NCBI GenBank assembly: GCA_051306295.1
Contig: JBPPMZ010000054.1
Coordinates: 8,350 to 72,349, forward strand
Source: Candidatus Limnocylindrales bacterium
GTDB taxonomy: Bacteria > Chloroflexota > Limnocylindria > Limnocylindrales > CSP1-4
DNA length: 64,000 bases
Direction of reading: 5' to 3'
The notes beneath the pieces were generated by a model that saw only the letters and a program-made list of their open reading frames with translations, was not told where the DNA came from and made no database searches. Shown one piece after another: positions 1-8,152 of this stretch; within the stretch, counting starts at the first letter, position 1; every line of letters starts with the position of its first letter. The translations under genes were made by a program, and so were the position numbers.

Positions 1-1548
1 CTCGAAGCGGACCAGGAGCGGCCCCCAGGAGCCGGCAGTCCCGGCACCACCCGCGTCCGGCGCGACGACGGACTCTGCCGGCCCGCCGCAGTCGGCGCCG
101 ATCGCACCACGGAACAGCTGGTCGCAGAGCAGGACCAGCCCGCGCCACGATCCGGCCGAGCCGTCCGCCGGCACCGCCACGCTCCCCGGCGCCACACCTT
201 TGGGCGTCTCAGCCAGCACGACCTGCCCGGCACGGATCAAGGGATACGCCATGGCCTCGGTCGACTTGAACGGCGGCAGCGAGCGGACCAGGACCACGTC
301 GCTCGACGCGACCCCGGCACCCCGGAGTGCGTCCAGGACGCGAACACCGGCCCGTTCGGCGGCCGGATAGCCACCGTCGACATGGGCGGCCGGCGGCAGA
401 TGCGTCACGTTCCAGCCGATCAGGGCGGACAGGGCGATGGCCGCGACACCCACGGCCACACCGGCCGAGTGCGACCCCTGGACGGCCGCCGCGATCCCCA
501 GACCCACGAGCACGACGACCAGCGGGTCCGCGAACGCGTGGTAGTGGTCGTTGGGCAAACCAGGGATGACGGTCGCGAGGCTCGGGGCGGCCACCGTGAG
601 GAAGGCGATGGACCAGAGCAGCGCCAGCCCGAACCACCTGGCCGTCAGAGCCACGGGCCCCGCCCCGCGTCGCCACAGGGCGGCGATGATCGCGACGATC
701 GCCGCCGTGGCCGCGACCGCTGGCAGGAAGCCTGCCGTGATCAGTCCGACGAGCGGCCACGACACCACCCGCAACCCGGCGATCCCGAATCGGTCCAGGA
801 CACCTGGCGCGTTCGACGCACGATCGCCGCCGAGATACTCGAGAGCGGCCCGCGTCTCGGAGAACCCAGTCGTCAGTTCGTTGATGGCCAACGGCAGATA
901 GGCGACCGCGAAGATCGCCGCGACGCCCCAACCCACATGCCCGAGCCCGCGTCGGCGGGCGTCCAGCACGAACGGCACGCCGACGATCGGGAGGAGCGCG
1001 ACGCCCAGGACATGGCACTGCATCGTCACTGCCGTCCCGAGGGCTGCCATCAGCCACCAGCGCGGCGTCCCGCCCTGCCATGCCCGCCAGGCACCGGCCA
1101 GGGAGACCGCGCTCGAGAGGGCGATGAAGTTCGGGTTCCAGATGAAGGTCGACTCGTCGATGGCGGCTGCCGAGATCGCCAGGACGAGTCCGGCGACCAG
1201 GCCGGCGAGCGGCCCGCCGATCGAGCGCGCCAGCCACCACACGACCCCGACCGCCGCGACGCCCGCGAGCGCGATGACCGCGACGACGGCCAGTGGCGAA
1301 TCGCCGCCGGTCACGGCCGCGACCGGCGTGAGCAGGTAGTAGTACCAGGCTCCGTGATGCACGTCCCCGATCGACGTCGGCGGACCGAGCAGCGGGATCA
1401 CCCCGTCGCGCACGAACGCTCGGAGCACGAGCATGTCGTGGCCCTGGTCGCCGTCCCAGGTCCCGCGCGTGGCGAGATCCGGGAGGCGCAGCGCGGCCGC
1501 CAGGAGCAGCAGAACGGGCAGTGCCCAGCGGTCAAGGCGTGCGATCAC
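1..1548 (-). CDS. GT-C fold membrane glycosyltransferase, PMT_2/ArnT-like (3' end lies beyond window edge)
   Basis: Absent from ORF track because no stop lies in the window. My translation of the minus strand from GTG 1548-1546 gives VIARLDRWALPVLLLLAAALRLPDLATRGTWDGDQGHDMLVLRAFVRDGVIPLLGPPTSIGDVHHGAWYYYLL..., followed by many hydrophobic helices, open to position 1. GTGA start/stop overlap with nfo. Confidence 0.6.
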   Translation of the reverse strand, partial: MIARLDRWALPVLLLLAAALRLPDLATRGTWDGDQGHDMLVLRAFVRDGVIPLLGPPTSIGDVHHGAWYYYLLTPVAAVTGGDSPLAVVAVIALAGVAAVGVVWWLARSIGGPLAGLVAGLVLAISAAAIDESTFIWNPNFIALSSAVSLAGAWRAWQGGTPRWWLMAALGTAVTMQCHVLGVALLPIVGVPFVLDARRRGLGHVGWGVAAIFAVAYLPLAINELTTGFSETRAALEYLGGDRASNAPGVLDRFGIAGLRVVSWPLVGLITAGFLPAVAATAAIVAIIAALWRRGAGPVALTARWFGLALLWSIAFLTVAAPSLATVIPGLPNDHYHAFADPLVVVLVGLGIAAAVQGSHSAGVAVGVAAIALSALIGWNVTHLPPAAHVDGGYPAAERAGVRVLDALRGAGVASSDVVLVRSLPPFKSTEAMAYPLIRAGQVVLAETPKGVAPGSVAVPADGSAGSWRGLVLLCDQLFRGAIGADCGGPAESVVAPDAGGAGTAGSWGPLLVRFE

Positions 1549-2501
1549 GGCGGTGCCGTCCGCGTTCGGGAGCCGCGCAGGTCGAACGCCTCCGGCGGCA
1601 GGTCGCCGATCGTCTGACCGGCTGCCAGCCTCTGGGCACGATCCACATTGACGGCGTCGTAGCCCTCGTCCATGCCCGGTGTCTCGAGGATGTGGAGCGC
1701 TCGGGCGAGACCCGGATGTCGGAGCAAGTGGGTCAGCCCAACGGCGCCGATGCGACCGGCGCCCAGGTGCTCATGACGGTCCAGCCGCGAGCCACGCTCG
1801 GAGCGGGAGTCGTTGAGGTGGACCATGACCAGGCGCGACAGCCCGATGCGCCGGTCGAAGTCGTCGAGGAAGGCATCGATGGCGTCCGGGTCGCCAAGGT
1901 CGATGCCGGCGCCCCACGCGTGGGCCGTGTCGAGGCAGAAGCCGATGCGCGCGGCCGACACGCCGCGCCGGTCGATGGCTTCGGCGATCGACGCCAGCTC
2001 ATCGACGCTCGTGCCGAGGCCCCAGCCGCTGCCGGCCGAGTTCTCCAGGACGAGCATCGCGGCATCGGGTCCGTCATCGACTTCGCCGAGGACGAGGGCG
2101 ACCGCCTCCGCGACCCGCTCGACGCCGGCTGACAGCCCGGCGCCCCGGTGCGAGCCGATATGCACGTTCACGAACCGTGCGCCGAATGCCGGAGCCCCGC
2201 GCAGCTCCTGGGCCAGGATCTCCACGGAACGTGCGAAGAGGGTGGGATCAGGCCCAGCCGGGTTCACGAGATAGGCGGCGTGGATGGCGATCGGCCCGAT
2301 GCCGAGGTCCGCCAGCCGGCTACGAAAGGCGGCGAGTTCGACCGGCGGCTCGGCGCGATGGACCCAGGCTGTCGGGTTGTCGGTGAAGATCTGGAGCGCG
2401 TCGGCGCCGATCGCGTGGGCGCGTTCGACGGCCTTGACCATGCCGCCGGCGAGGGGCAGGTGCGCTCCGAGTCGTCGGCCGTCGGGAAGCATCCGCGGCA
2501 T
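1545..2501 (-). CDS. nfo: deoxyribonuclease IV (endonuclease IV)
   Basis: ORF 1545..2627. From internal Met (MPRMLPDGRRLGAHLPLAGGMVKAVERAHAIGADALQIFTDNPTAW... HIGSH... LENSAG... CLDTAHAW... HLNDS) it matches the Nfo/AP-endonuclease 2 TIM-barrel metal-ligand pattern. The N-terminal 42 aa of the long ORF look non-native. Confidence 0.85.
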   Translation of the reverse strand: MPRMLPDGRRLGAHLPLAGGMVKAVERAHAIGADALQIFTDNPTAWVHRAEPPVELAAFRSRLADLGIGPIAIHAAYLVNPAGPDPTLFARSVEILAQELRGAPAFGARFVNVHIGSHRGAGLSAGVERVAEAVALVLGEVDDGPDAAMLVLENSAGSGWGLGTSVDELASIAEAIDRRGVSAARIGFCLDTAHAWGAGIDLGDPDAIDAFLDDFDRRIGLSRLVMVHLNDSRSERGSRLDRHEHLGAGRIGAVGLTHLLRHPGLARALHILETPGMDEGYDAVNVDRAQRLAAGQTIGDLPPEAFDLRGSRTRTAPP

Positions 2502-2517
2502 CGTACGATGCGCGCCG

Positions 2518-2973
2518 ATGGACGAGGATCGATCCGCCGCCGAGGAACCATCACCGGCCACCGAGGACCCGGTGTTCGTTGCCAGTGTCGTGCGGGCGTT
2601 CATCCGTGACGGCCGCCTGACATCCATCCCGGCCCGCCAACGCCGACGCCTGATGATCTACCGCTATCTGCGCGATGCGGTGTTCACCGAAGATCGCCCG
2701 TATCCCGAGAAGGAGGTGAACATGCGCCTCGCGCTGTTCCATCCGGACGTGGCGACCATCCGGCGCGGGATGGTGGACGCGGGCCTCGTGACGCGAGCGG
2801 GTGGGCGACTACCGGCGCGGCCAGGATTGATCCGGGCCGAAGCCGTCAGCGGTCCCGGCCGTCGCGCTTCGAGCGACCCTTCGTGTAGTCGCCGCCGAGC
2901 GATGGCTCGATCAGGCCGAAGTCGCCGTCATCGCGGACGTACAGGATGGCGATCCGCTCTGTCTCGGCGTTGA
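2518..2973 (+). CDS. DUF2087 domain-containing protein (C-terminus probably frameshifted, see findings)
   Basis: Internal Met of ORF 2284..2973. FIRDGRLTSIPARQRRRLMIYRYLRDAVFTEDRPYPEKEVNMRLALFHPDVATIRRGMVDAGLVTRAGG resembles the DUF2087 core. The tail after AGG is antisense to hpf and looks non-native. Confidence 0.5.
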   Translation: MDEDRSAAEEPSPATEDPVFVASVVRAFIRDGRLTSIPARQRRRLMIYRYLRDAVFTEDRPYPEKEVNMRLALFHPDVATIRRGMVDAGLVTRAGGRLPARPGLIRAEAVSGPGRRASSDPSCSRRRAMARSGRSRRHRGRTGWRSALSRR

Positions 2974-3442
2974 CGAACACGTAGAACTGGTGTCCGAGCT
3001 CGGCCATCGCCGCGATCGCATCCTCCTCGAACATCGGCTCGATGGCGAAGCGCTTGGTCTTGACCACGCGACGTTCGCGGCCGGCGTCCGCCGTGCCGTC
3101 GGCGAGCTTGCGCAGGAGGGACTTCTCCTCCTCCGGGCGGGAGCGGACGCGCGGCTTCGATTTGTGCTCGACCGCCAGGCGCTCGACCTTGTCGATCACG
3201 ACGTCCAGGGCGGCCTGGTAACTGACGCCGACGGCGTGGCTGCGCAGGACCTGCCCGTCGATGACCAGCGTCACCTCCGCGATGTGGGCATCGGACGCGC
3301 TGCGGTGCATCTCGTTCGAGAACTCGACGATGGCATCCGACCGATCATCGAGGATGCGCTCGAGGCGGCCGAGTTTGCGCTCCGCGTAGTCGCGGACCCG
3401 GTCCGGGATCTCGATGTTCTTGCCCTTGACGATGGTCCGCAT
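2846..3442 (-). CDS. hpf: ribosome hibernation promoting factor, long form
   Basis: MRTIVKGKNIEIPDRVRDYAERKLGRLERILD... N-terminal S30AE/YfiA domain plus C-terminal dimerisation domain (FYVFVNAETERIAILYVRDDGDFGLIEP). Confidence 0.9.
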   Translation of the reverse strand: MRTIVKGKNIEIPDRVRDYAERKLGRLERILDDRSDAIVEFSNEMHRSASDAHIAEVTLVIDGQVLRSHAVGVSYQAALDVVIDKVERLAVEHKSKPRVRSRPEEEKSLLRKLADGTADAGRERRVVKTKRFAIEPMFEEDAIAAMAELGHQFYVFVNAETERIAILYVRDDGDFGLIEPSLGGDYTKGRSKRDGRDR

Positions 3443-3499
3443 GACAAACCTCCAGGGACCTTGGGCGCGTGACTTCGAGTATAGGCCGACCCGCTCGGA

Positions 3500-4177
3500 T
3501 CAACGTTCGCGGGCGACCGTGACGGCGGAGACGGCCGCCGCACCAGCCAGCTCCAGGGCCGTCGCGCAGGCCGCGAGCGTGGCGCCCGTGGTCAGGACGT
3601 CGTCGATCAGGAGGACCCAGCGGCCTCGGACCGCCGCCGTGTGCTCGGGACGGACGGCGAACGCGCCTGCCACGTTGGTCGCTCGGTGCCGGCGGTCCAG
3701 GTCGAACTGGGCGGTCGTGGCCCGCTGGCGGTACAGGGCCGGTCGGTGATGCAGGCCGAGTCGCCTGGCGGCCACGTCGGCGATGAGCTGGGCCTGATCG
3801 TAGCCACGGACCCGGCGACGGTCGTCGTGCACGGGGACGTGGACGACGAGGTCCGCGCCGACGCCGACCGCTGCCCAACGCCGGGCCACGGCGGCGCCCA
3901 GCGGATGGGCGAGCCGTTGCTCCGCCCCGTACTTGATGGCGTGCAGGGCATCGCGGACCGTGCCGCGGAACGGGGCGCACCAGTCGATCTGCAGGAGGGG
4001 CGCCGGGATGTCCGCCGGGAGGCCGATCGGCGTGCCCGCTGGCTCGGCGAGCCGGGCATCGAGGGCCGGCTCGCAAACCGGACAGAGCGGCGGGCCCTCC
4101 CGACCGCAGCCGACGCACGTCCCGGGCAGTGCCAGGTCCAGCACGCGCGTGGTGGCGGCACGGACCAGGTCGATCAT
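3500..4177 (-). CDS. comF: ComF family protein (phosphoribosyltransferase fold with N-terminal zinc finger)
   Basis: Internal Met 200 of ORF 3500..4774. CVGCG...CPVC zinc finger, then WVLLIDDVLTTGATL PRTase motif. The upstream 199 aa of the ORF are Arg-rich shadow sequence. Confidence 0.85.
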   Translation of the reverse strand: MIDLVRAATTRVLDLALPGTCVGCGREGPPLCPVCEPALDARLAEPAGTPIGLPADIPAPLLQIDWCAPFRGTVRDALHAIKYGAEQRLAHPLGAAVARRWAAVGVGADLVVHVPVHDDRRRVRGYDQAQLIADVAARRLGLHHRPALYRQRATTAQFDLDRRHRATNVAGAFAVRPEHTAAVRGRWVLLIDDVLTTGATLAACATALELAGAAAVSAVTVARER

Positions 4178-4974
4178 GCGGCTGGGGTGTCGGCCCGGCC
4201 GGTGCTCGCGGCGGTCGTCGGACGCCGGACGCGCGAAACGGCTCGCAGGTTCGTGCCGACGGCCGCCGCCGCGATGAACCAGATGCCGCCGAACGACGCT
4301 CGGGCCGCGGCCGACGGGCGCGCGTCGACGGGTTCCTGTCCGGGTCGTCGCGGTCGCTGCACCCAGCGGCGCACGTCGGAGGTCCGCGCGGGCCAGATCG
4401 AGTCGAACGTGGCCGCATGGTCGCGGACGAGTGCCCGGTTCAGCCGCGTATCTGCCAGGACCAACACGCGACCGATGGTCATGGCGTCCCATCCTTCGTC
4501 GCGGGCAAGGACCTGCGGCAGGATGCGGACCTTCTTTGAGAACGTTGACGTCGCTTCCTGGGTGTCGTCGATGCGCGTCTTGACCTCGATGATGAGGAGG
4601 GCCCGCTCGGCAGGGTGCCAGGCAACCAGATCGGCCGAGCCGCGCTCGCCGAACTCGTTGAACGTGACTTCGACCCGCACGGTCCAACCTTCGGCCCGGA
4701 GGGTGCGCGCCACGTGTTCGACCAGTGCCGCGTGCCCCTGATCGAGCAGATGATCGATCCGCCCTGAGCGCCACCAGGTGTCGATGCCGACACGGACATC
4801 CAGCGCGTCCGCGACCTTGCGAAGCGTCCGAAGGCGGACGTGCTCAAGGCGGCCGAGCTCGATCTCCGAGATCGTCCGTTGACTCACACCTGATTCCACT
4901 GACACGTCCGCCTGACGCAGACCGAGGTGGATCCTGATCTCGCGGAACGCCCGACCGACTCGACGATCATCCAT
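4174..4974 (-). CDS. HTH XRE-family regulator fused to a PD-(D/E)XK nuclease-like domain
   Basis: ORF 4174..5082; likely start MDDRRVGRAFREIR at 4974. N-terminal LGLRQADVSVESGVSQRTISEIELGR is an XRE HTH. The central GERGSADLVAW...RALLIIEVKT fits a D...(D/E)xK nuclease core. The stop overlaps the comF start (ATGA). Confidence 0.6.
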   Translation of the reverse strand: MDDRRVGRAFREIRIHLGLRQADVSVESGVSQRTISEIELGRLEHVRLRTLRKVADALDVRVGIDTWWRSGRIDHLLDQGHAALVEHVARTLRAEGWTVRVEVTFNEFGERGSADLVAWHPAERALLIIEVKTRIDDTQEATSTFSKKVRILPQVLARDEGWDAMTIGRVLVLADTRLNRALVRDHAATFDSIWPARTSDVRRWVQRPRRPGQEPVDARPSAAARASFGGIWFIAAAAVGTNLRAVSRVRRPTTAASTGRADTPAA

Positions 4975-5074
4975 GCGCCGATGATGATCGGGTTGGCTTG
5001 TCTGGCCCGTATCCGCCGGTTTGCTGGCGCTTATCTGCGATCGGCGTCGGGGCCCGGCCCGATCCAGCGCCGGG

Positions 5075-5757
5075 ATCGGCATACAGCGGTCCTACTTCTG
5101 GTATGAGGAGGTTCACGGCCTCGTCTTGAGCCTACACCGCGTTAGCAGCGATGGGCGCTCTGTTTGACGAGGATGCGCCAGTCCGAGACGCCCGCGGCCA
5201 GGCTAGTAGCAGGCACAGCTCTAGGTGCCGATTCCGGGGCGGCGATGGGATGCTCGGCCTCGCCCGGCGCTCGTGCCGGCGGTCGGAATCGGCATACAGC
5301 GGTCCGGCTGCTGCTACGCGCTGCGTCCCAGGCCAGTCGCCCGTCGTCACCTCCTTAGCAGCGACCGGGGCTCTGTATGCCGAGCATTCGCCCCCGCGGG
5401 CCGCTCGCGGCCGAGCCAGCAGAAGTCACGGCTCTGTATACCGAGAATAGGGCTGTGCGGTGCCACCTCGGGCAGGGCCTCGGTCTCGGCCGACGATCCT
5501 GGTCGCGGCCTGGCCTCGGGCCTCGGCCTCGGCGCTCGTGCCGGCCGTCGGAATCGGCAAACAGCAGTCCGGCCTCTGCTACGAGCAGCGTCCCAAGCCT
5601 GTCGCGCGTCTCCACCGCGTTAGCAGCGACCAGGGCTCTGTATGCCGAGGATTCGCCAGCGAGGGCCGCTCGCCGCCGAGCTTGCAGCGGCCACAGCTCT
5701 GGATGCCGATTCGAGGCGCCGGTGATGGGCCCGCCGGGCCCGCCGCCGGGCCCGGCT
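5075..5757. repeat. three tandem ~210-265 bp structured repeat units (non-coding)
   Basis: Shared blocks ATCGGCA(T/A)ACAGC(G/A)GTCC at 5075, 5288, 5553. CGCGTTAGCAGCGA-type blocks at 5138, 5353, 5617. GGCTCTGTATGCCGAG-type half-sites at 5156, 5217, 5369, 5430, 5634, 5695, paired at 61 bp. The first block is the approximate reverse complement of the half-sites. Confidence 0.75.
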
Positions 5758-5759
5758 CC

Positions 5760-6149
5760 TCAGTCGAGGCGGACCAGATCGCCGACCTGCGTCTCGGATG
5801 CGTCCACGACCCCGACCGGGAGTTCCAGTACCCCGTGCGCTCCGCGGACCAGCGGCACGAGCCCCGTCCACGCACGCAAGTCGCGATGCACGGAGACGAC
5901 GGGGCGCAGCCCAGACGGATCGACTCGGCCCAGGAAGATGGCATCGATCGGGAAGCGCATGAACATCATGTGGATCCCGTTCGAATCAGGAAGCCACAGC
6001 CCGCAGTCCGTCGCGAGATCGGGCCGGCCCATCAACCCCTTGAACTTGGCCCACAGCGATCCGGCGACCTCCAGGGACGTCGCAAGGCTCGTGTGGCGTG
6101 TGATGTTCTGGGCGCCCACCGGCTTCCGCGCCCCCGCCACGGCACTCAT
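5760..6149 (-). CDS. DUF192 (COG1430) domain protein
   Basis: ORF 5760..6260, likely start MSAVAGARKP at 6149. WAKFKGLMGR...GLWLPDSNGIHMMFMRFPIDAIFL...VLELPVG matches the DUF192 pattern. Last gene of the tad operon. Confidence 0.7.
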   Translation of the reverse strand: MSAVAGARKPVGAQNITRHTSLATSLEVAGSLWAKFKGLMGRPDLATDCGLWLPDSNGIHMMFMRFPIDAIFLGRVDPSGLRPVVSVHRDLRAWTGLVPLVRGAHGVLELPVGVVDASETQVGDLVRLD

Positions 6150-6184
6150 CTCGCCCCACTCCCCCCGGCTCGACTGGTCGTCGA

Positions 6185-7117
6185 TCAGACAGCCAGGTTC
6201 TGGACGATCAGGATGATGGCTGGGCCAAGGATGACGATGAACAGCGAGGGAAAGATGCACCCCACGAGCGGGAACAGCATCTTGATCGGGGCCTTGGCGG
6301 CCTGCTCCTCCGCCCGCTGGCGCCGCTCGATGCGGAGCTGCTCGGACTGGACCTGGAGCACCTTGCTGATCGAGACACCGAGCTGCTCGGCCTGGATGAT
6401 CGCGCCGATGAAGTTGGTCAGCGGGCCGACCTCCGTGCGCGGCACGATGTCGCGCAACGCGTCTCGGCGAGCCTTGCCGACGCGGATTTCCGCCATCGCG
6501 CGGCGGAACTCCTCGGACAGCGGGCCCTTGAGCTTCTCCACGACCTTGCCGAGTGCGGCATCGAAGCCGAGACCGGCGCGGACCGAGATGGTCAGCAGGT
6601 CCAGGGTGTCCGGGATCATCAGCAGGATGGCCTTCTGGCGCTTCTTGACGCGTCCACCCAGCCAGAACTCCGGCGCGGTGTAGCCGAACAGCAGGCCGAT
6701 GATCGCGAACATATAGTTGATCGGGAACGGGAAGCCCAGCAACCCGACGACCCCGAACAGGAAGAAGAACAACAGTCCGCCGACCACCGCAGCGATGGCC
6801 TTGATGCCCAGCCAGTCCGCAACGCGCAGGTCGCCGGGATTGCCGGCGAGCGCCAGGCGCTTCTCCGTGCGGTCGCTGAAACTGCTCGACGCCATGCGGG
6901 ACATGCGACCGGACAGGCTGGCTGCCAACGGTCGCAGCGTCCGCTCGATGAACGGTGCCTGCAGCTCGAGTTCCTCGAGGTTCTTGGCCTGCATCGTGCC
7001 GAGCTGGGTCAGGCGCGCCTGGACCGGATCGACCGGCGAACTGCCCGCCAATCCAAAAACGATGAGGAGGATCGCGCCCGCCGCCAGAGCGGCGACGCCG
7101 ATCGCCAGGGGATCCAT
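6185..7117 (-). CDS. tadC: Tad pilus inner-membrane platform protein TadC (T2SS F family)
   Basis: N-terminal TM, central cytoplasmic T2SSF domain (LPDTLDLLTISVRAGLGFDAALGKV), C-terminal TM pair. Adjacent to tadB/cpaF. Confidence 0.85.
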   Translation of the reverse strand: MDPLAIGVAALAAGAILLIVFGLAGSSPVDPVQARLTQLGTMQAKNLEELELQAPFIERTLRPLAASLSGRMSRMASSSFSDRTEKRLALAGNPGDLRVADWLGIKAIAAVVGGLLFFFLFGVVGLLGFPFPINYMFAIIGLLFGYTAPEFWLGGRVKKRQKAILLMIPDTLDLLTISVRAGLGFDAALGKVVEKLKGPLSEEFRRAMAEIRVGKARRDALRDIVPRTEVGPLTNFIGAIIQAEQLGVSISKVLQVQSEQLRIERRQRAEEQAAKAPIKMLFPLVGCIFPSLFIVILGPAIILIVQNLAV

Positions 7118-7120
7118 CGG

Positions 7121-8131
7121 CTAGACCTCGATATCCACGATCTTACGGATGAACATGAACCCGATGAACATCATGATCCCGCCAAAGATCAGGATGACCA
7201 CGCCGGCCGGCAGGCCGAGGATGGCGGGCGGGTTAGAAAACATCGGCTCCATGAAGCCAGGGGCCGCCACGAACAGGAAGCCGGCCAGGGCGATCGGCAG
7301 GAAGCCGACGACATAGCCCGACAGGCGCTGTTGCGCGGTGAGGGTCTGGATCTCGCCCTTGATGCGGACTCGCTCGCGGATCGTGTAAGCGATGGAGTCC
7401 AGGATCTCGGCGAGATTGCCGCCGACCTGGTGCTGGACGGAGATGGCGGTCGCCATCAGCTCGAGGTCATCCGATCGGACGCGGCGGACCATGTTCTCCA
7501 GCGCCTGCTCGAATGGCAGACCCAGGTTGACCTCGCGGATGACCCGGCCGAACTCCGTGGAGATCGGCGGGCGCGATTCACGGACGACCAGTTCGATCGC
7601 CTGCAGGAACGAGGACCCGGCCCGCAGCGCGTTGGCGATGAGGGTGATCGTGTCGGGCAGCTGCTTGTTGAAGGCCTTGAGGCGGCCACCCTTGCGCCGA
7701 TTGAGCCAGAAGCGTGGCAGGTAGAACCCGATGAGCCCGCCGACGAGCCACGTGATGGGGCTGCCGAAGGCCGGGATGAACGGCGAGAGGATGATCATCG
7801 CCAGGGGGATGCCGATCGTCGCGCCGACCCAGATGAACAGGAACTCTGAGGGCTTGAGCTTGAGGTCCGCGCGGGCGATGTCGCGGGCGAGGTTCGCCCC
7901 GAAGTCGCGTCCCTCGACGACCTTGTTGAGGTTGGCCAAAGCCGCGCTCTGGGCGATGAGGTCGCTGATCGGCCCCTGCCCACTGGCACTGGCCTTGGCA
8001 TCCGGCTTGCCGGATGCGTAGCGTTCCAGACGATCGGAGATCCCCGAGCTCCCAGAGCTCGCGACACCGACCGCGATGAGCAGGATGGCCAGCGCGGCGA
8101 CACCCGCCACCGCGAGGGTCATGACGTCCAC
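7121..8131 (-). CDS. tadB: Tad pilus inner-membrane platform protein TadB (T2SS F family)
   Basis: QLPDTITLIANALRAGSSFLQAIELVVRE... T2SSF domain with flanking TM helices. Lies 3 bp after the tadC start. Confidence 0.85.
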   Translation of the reverse strand: MDVMTLAVAGVAALAILLIAVGVASSGSSGISDRLERYASGKPDAKASASGQGPISDLIAQSAALANLNKVVEGRDFGANLARDIARADLKLKPSEFLFIWVGATIGIPLAMIILSPFIPAFGSPITWLVGGLIGFYLPRFWLNRRKGGRLKAFNKQLPDTITLIANALRAGSSFLQAIELVVRESRPPISTEFGRVIREVNLGLPFEQALENMVRRVRSDDLELMATAISVQHQVGGNLAEILDSIAYTIRERVRIKGEIQTLTAQQRLSGYVVGFLPIALAGFLFVAAPGFMEPMFSNPPAILGLPAGVVILIFGGIMMFIGFMFIRKIVDIEV

Positions 8132-8152
8132 GGTCGGTAGTCCTCCCGTTCC

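Noticed and set aside
2846-2973. A genuine 128-nt convergent overlap between the DUF2087 gene and hpf
   Set aside because: It is more simply explained by a 1-nt frameshift or indel near 2803 that restores a family-like C-terminus ending at 2830.
5075-5757. Coding potential or a CRISPR array in the 5.1-5.8 kb repeat tract (ORFs 5225..5623, 5377..6216, 5460..6683 and others)
   Set aside because: The translations are Arg/Pro/Ser-rich in all frames, repeat because the DNA repeats, and run across the real DUF192 and tadC genes in the wrong frame. The repeat units are more than 200 bp and internally inverted, which is not repeat-spacer organisation.
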